Part shown: in pieces, positions 60,469 through 64,000 of the stretch
How the letters are laid out: each line of letters opens with the position of its first letter
Position numbering within the stretch: the stretch's first letter is position 1
IMG/VR virus record: IMGVR_UViG_3300050014_000619
DNA length: 64,000 bases
Direction: 5' to 3' (one strand)
From: a virus
Notes under the pieces: model-generated
What the model saw: the letters and a program-made list of their open reading frames with translations, nothing else
The model's database searches: none
Told to the model about the DNA's origin: nothing
Made by a program: the position numbers and the translations under genes

Positions 60469-61179
60469 ATGGAAAATGAAGTAAAAATATATACATTATC
60501 ACACCCAATAACTAATGAAGTTAGATATGTGGGTAAAACGGTTGAATCTTTGGAAGAAAGATTACGTAAACACATATCAAGAAGAGATAATACATATAAA
60601 AGTAATTGGATTATTTCTTTGAAAAAGGAAGGCTTAACTCCAAATATTGAGTTACTTGATGAATGTTCTTTGGTTGATTGGCATTGGCTTGAAAAATATT
60701 GGATTTTACAATTTAAATGTTGGAATTTTAAATTAACGAATATTTGTGAGGGTGGTAAAGGAAGTGATGGATTGAAACATTCTATTGAAAGTAAAGAAAA
60801 AATGAGTCAACGACAAAAAGGTAAACAATGGAGATTAGGTGCTGTTCTTACTGATGAAACCAAAGAAAAAATTAGATTAGGTAATTTAAATAAAAAAAGA
60901 AATCCTGATTCAGTAAAAAAAATGATAATAACAAAAACTGGCATGTCAACTGGCGTTGGAAGAAAACATACTATGACACATATAAACAATATTAGTAATG
61001 GTATGATTAAAATAAAAGGAAAATCAGTGTCACAATATGATTTAAATATGAATTTTATTAAAGATTGGGCATCAATATCAACTGCCTCAAAAACACTAAA
61101 AATACCTAATAGTAATATTGTTAATGTTTGTAAGGGTAATAGAAAAACGGCAAAAAATTTTATTTGGATATATAATTAA
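60469..61179 (+). mobile_element. GIY-YIG homing endonuclease (NUMOD3 + NUMOD1)
   Basis: IYTL..P...VRYVGKT; HS.E.KEKMS repeats; V.QYDL....IK.W.S...AS. Confidence 0.85.
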
Positions 61180-61192
61180 AAATTGTAAAATT

Positions 61193-62827
61193 ATGGAAAA
61201 TTTAGTACTAACAAAATCAAGTTTAGATTTAATTAAATCTTCAATTATTCAAGGACTTGAAACAGCGAGTGGAAGTCGTAGTTCTGCAACTTACTACCAC
61301 AGCAGAGACGAACAAATGAAAGCTATAAGGACTCAGGTTGGGAACTTATATAAACTTTCAAAAGAACTCCCATTGATCATAGCCTCACAAAAAGGTGCTA
61401 CAGGTCAATTCGTATCGGAAGTACTGTTCAATGAGTTGAAAAATACTCTAAGGGGTGGAGCATGTAATATTGTTAATCCAATTGACTGGTATGATAATGG
61501 TATCAGCGATAAGGCAGTTCTTACTGCATTGAATAACCTTGGTGAAAATGGTTTACCATATGTTCTGCGTTTATTCGTATCATTGAAAGACGCAAAAGTA
61601 AATAACGAAAGAACAAGAAAAATCATATTGGGTTACATTTGGGGTCAGCCTAACTTGGAATTTTATGCAATGAAATACAGAAACAAAATTGCTGAAATTC
61701 TGACTCATGTATATGGTCAGAAGAAAACCAGCATATTGCTTTCTATTGCACAGAAGCAAGTTGCAATCAACAACACTGTTCTTTTCAACAATGTTTACAG
61801 CGAAAAGGAAGCAAAGATTGTCAATGATTGTATTGTAAAGTACTTCAATGGCGATGCTACTAAAGCATTCAAATTACTGCTGTTCTTATTTAAAAAGGAT
61901 GCTGGTGTTGATTTCTTCGAATTTCCTCTTTTGGCTGAATACCAGAAGGCAAAGGTTGATATCAAAGGTATTAAGAATGTTCCAGAAGAAGTTCTGCTTG
62001 GCTTAATTTCATCTGTAAGACATCCACAGTACCACTCAATGTGGTCAAGTGATATTCAGAAGGAAGCAACTAAGGCTATGATCAGATCAACTGTTCAGGT
62101 AACTTCTGTGAACCAGCAGGTTCGTCAAACCAAATCAACCGCAAAGTTGGGTGTTGAAAAACACGTTGATCTTGAAAAAGCAACTGACTTCTTGGCACTT
62201 TACAAGACTGGTTATGAAACTACTTTCACTGATGGAATTTGGGACGCAATCAACAAACTTGCAGAGAAGAAGAAAATTCAAGGATTCTTCTACCAGAACA
62301 TCGGTATTATTCTTGATAATAGTGCATCAATGACTGGCGACAAGGCTGAGTCAAAGAACACACCAAGATCAATTGCTAATTTCACAGCAATGGTATTGGG
62401 TAAATCAGCAAGAATTTCAACATTGGTGACTTCAGATGAATTTGTAAGTGACATGGGTTCATTATTCATCAACTTACTTAAACTTGAAGGTACAAACAAG
62501 TATGATGCGATTTTCATCATAACTGATGGATACGAAAACGCATATGATGGTTTGACTAACGAAGTAATTCAAATCTGGAGAGCAGAAACTCAGAGTGTAA
62601 CACCTATCTTCCAGATTTCTCCAACTACTGGTGCTGAAATGGGTGGTAACGTAAGACCTTTGAGTCCAAATGTTGTAACTATGGCAATCAATAATCCAGT
62701 TGCAATTCAGCCACAGATTCAGGCAAGGCTGTTGGAAATCGACACTCCACGTTGGCTTGAAAATCAGGTTCGTGCTTTAGAAGCTGCTCCTGTTAAGAGA
62801 ACAAAAAAAATAAATGTAAACGCTTAA
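61193..62827 (+). CDS. TROVE/Ro60-like protein with C-terminal vWA domain (ORF-track start 61118; likely start 61193)
   Basis: SG....TYY...E N-terminal motif as in Ro60; helical body; vWA MIDAS LDNSASM and IFIITDG.EN. Confidence 0.65.
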   Translation: MENLVLTKSSLDLIKSSIIQGLETASGSRSSATYYHSRDEQMKAIRTQVGNLYKLSKELPLIIASQKGATGQFVSEVLFNELKNTLRGGACNIVNPIDWYDNGISDKAVLTALNNLGENGLPYVLRLFVSLKDAKVNNERTRKIILGYIWGQPNLEFYAMKYRNKIAEILTHVYGQKKTSILLSIAQKQVAINNTVLFNNVYSEKEAKIVNDCIVKYFNGDATKAFKLLLFLFKKDAGVDFFEFPLLAEYQKAKVDIKGIKNVPEEVLLGLISSVRHPQYHSMWSSDIQKEATKAMIRSTVQVTSVNQQVRQTKSTAKLGVEKHVDLEKATDFLALYKTGYETTFTDGIWDAINKLAEKKKIQGFFYQNIGIILDNSASMTGDKAESKNTPRSIANFTAMVLGKSARISTLVTSDEFVSDMGSLFINLLKLEGTNKYDAIFIITDGYENAYDGLTNEVIQIWRAETQSVTPIFQISPTTGAEMGGNVRPLSPNVVTMAINNPVAIQPQIQARLLEIDTPRWLENQVRALEAAPVKRTKKINVNA

Positions 62828-62838
62828 AATATCATACT

Positions 62839-63936
62839 ATGAACAAAAGAGAACTTACAGAAATGTTAAAAGGTTGCCGACCAGTCAAAGACAAGGACGG
62901 AAACATCGTAGTTCAGTCAATTATGAACATGCAGCTTGTTTGCTTAACTGCAGACGCTGAATTCTCATTGGATACTCGCTTTGCGAACCCCTTGACTTCA
63001 TTAGTATCAAGTAATAGCACTTATGGTGAGATCACTTTTACTAATAAGGAAAAGAAGGAAGTAATACTTCCTGTTCAAATGGCTGTATTGACTAAACAAA
63101 GTGCTCAGAACCACGGTATGGTTAAAGCAGGTTACGTTGAACCTAATTCAAGCACCACATATCATGATGCTGGTTGCGTACAGGGTGGACAAACTGGTTA
63201 CTTCCGTGGTACTCAGGAATTTCGTATGATTCCCGTATCTATGCGTGAAATGTTATTTGAAAAAGTAGGTTATACTTCTGGCTACCAGAACATTTATCCT
63301 GCAATTCAGAAGCTCGGCTTAGAAACTAAGTCTGGTACTGGTAACTATTTGAACATATACTTTGAAAAATTCGACAAGAAACTCGAACAGTTTATTGCAC
63401 ATTTCGAACGTCCAAAGAATCTTATTGGTATCATTGTATTGATTGATGGTGAAATTGTTGCAATAGACAAATTCCCTTCATTTACATACGCTGAACAGGT
63501 ATGGGAAATGATGATCAGAGACTGTTATGGTTCTTTGGCAATTATTAGTGAAGTGCAGAACAAAACTACTGGTCATCCATTTACTGAAACTTATACTGAG
63601 CTTAAAAAGACTCATCAGACTAATGTTATTGATTTGCTTGAAAAGGCAATGAAAAAGACTAAAAAGTCTATGACTGATGACGTTCAGGAAAGGATTCAGG
63701 AAGTTCTTGATTTACAGTTTGACGCAGTACTTGATACTGAAGGTCAGCCAATAGGAAAGTCTGCTCCAAAGAGTTATGTCTTGAGAGCCGAAGGTTATAT
63801 TGGACAGGTAATTACCGAAAATGATTTTAACCATTTGGTATCAATCATCAAAAGGGAGAGATTCAACCCTAATGCTTTCAGGGAAGTAAATGAACTAAGA
63901 AAGAAAGCAAAGAAACAAGAAAGATTCAGTCTTTAA
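62839..63936 (+). CDS. ARPP/DUF6569-like protein
   Basis: Y.....N......ILP......QNH......CV..G pattern; later GIIVLIDGE...ID.F; recognised tentatively by eye. Confidence 0.4.
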   Translation: MNKRELTEMLKGCRPVKDKDGNIVVQSIMNMQLVCLTADAEFSLDTRFANPLTSLVSSNSTYGEITFTNKEKKEVILPVQMAVLTKQSAQNHGMVKAGYVEPNSSTTYHDAGCVQGGQTGYFRGTQEFRMIPVSMREMLFEKVGYTSGYQNIYPAIQKLGLETKSGTGNYLNIYFEKFDKKLEQFIAHFERPKNLIGIIVLIDGEIVAIDKFPSFTYAEQVWEMMIRDCYGSLAIISEVQNKTTGHPFTETYTELKKTHQTNVIDLLEKAMKKTKKSMTDDVQERIQEVLDLQFDAVLDTEGQPIGKSAPKSYVLRAEGYIGQVITENDFNHLVSIIKRERFNPNAFREVNELRKKAKKQERFSL

Positions 63937-63971
63937 TCAGGCTTGGCAAGCAGTCGCTTATTTAAATAGTT

Positions 63972-64000
63972 AAAACCCCGCAGGAGAAATCTTGTGGGGT
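63972..64000 (+). terminator. terminator hairpin (truncated by window end)
   Basis: accccgcagga-gaaa-tcttgtggggt. Confidence 0.65.

Noticed and set aside
3074-62520. Many short ORFs nested in or antisense to long genes
   Set aside because: Shadow frames of well-supported genes, with no independent signals
1-64000. Stop-codon reassignment (code 15 or 4), as in some Bacteroidota phages
   Set aside because: Core genes are intact in code 11, and TAG and TGA end genes at sensible points

Overview
A 64-kb segment of a large, AT-rich, T4-like contractile-tailed (jumbo/myo) phage genome in the standard genetic code. The host is probably a Bacteroidota bacterium, judged from TAnnTTTG promoters and a Bacteroidota-type lipoprotein. 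Left part (2-31 kb): tail and baseplate module (sheath, tube, spike, tail chaperone with a -1 frameshift, tape measure, OmpA-domain baseplate protein), interrupted by MazG, a Cas4-like nuclease, a sigma-like factor, two glycosyltransferases and PhoH. 32-45.5 kb: glycan-biosynthesis island (GT2/GT-D transferases, methyltransferases, aminotransferase, WecB, split HldA/HldC, HldD). 45.5-51.7 kb: probable virion proteins. 51.8-58.3 kb: replication/recombination genes (gp32-like SSB, UvsX, 5'-3' exonuclease, DnaB-like helicase). 58.4-64 kb is the most unusual part: five copies of a covarying structured RNA module, three fused to tRNA-like domains in different circular permutations, an odd tRNA-Met, and then genes for a Ro60/TROVE-like vWA protein and an ARPP/DUF6569-like protein. 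This is a candidate phage Ro60 / multi-Y-RNA system. Eight homing-endonuclease-like genes are scattered through the window. All family calls come from motifs read by eye; no database searches were run.
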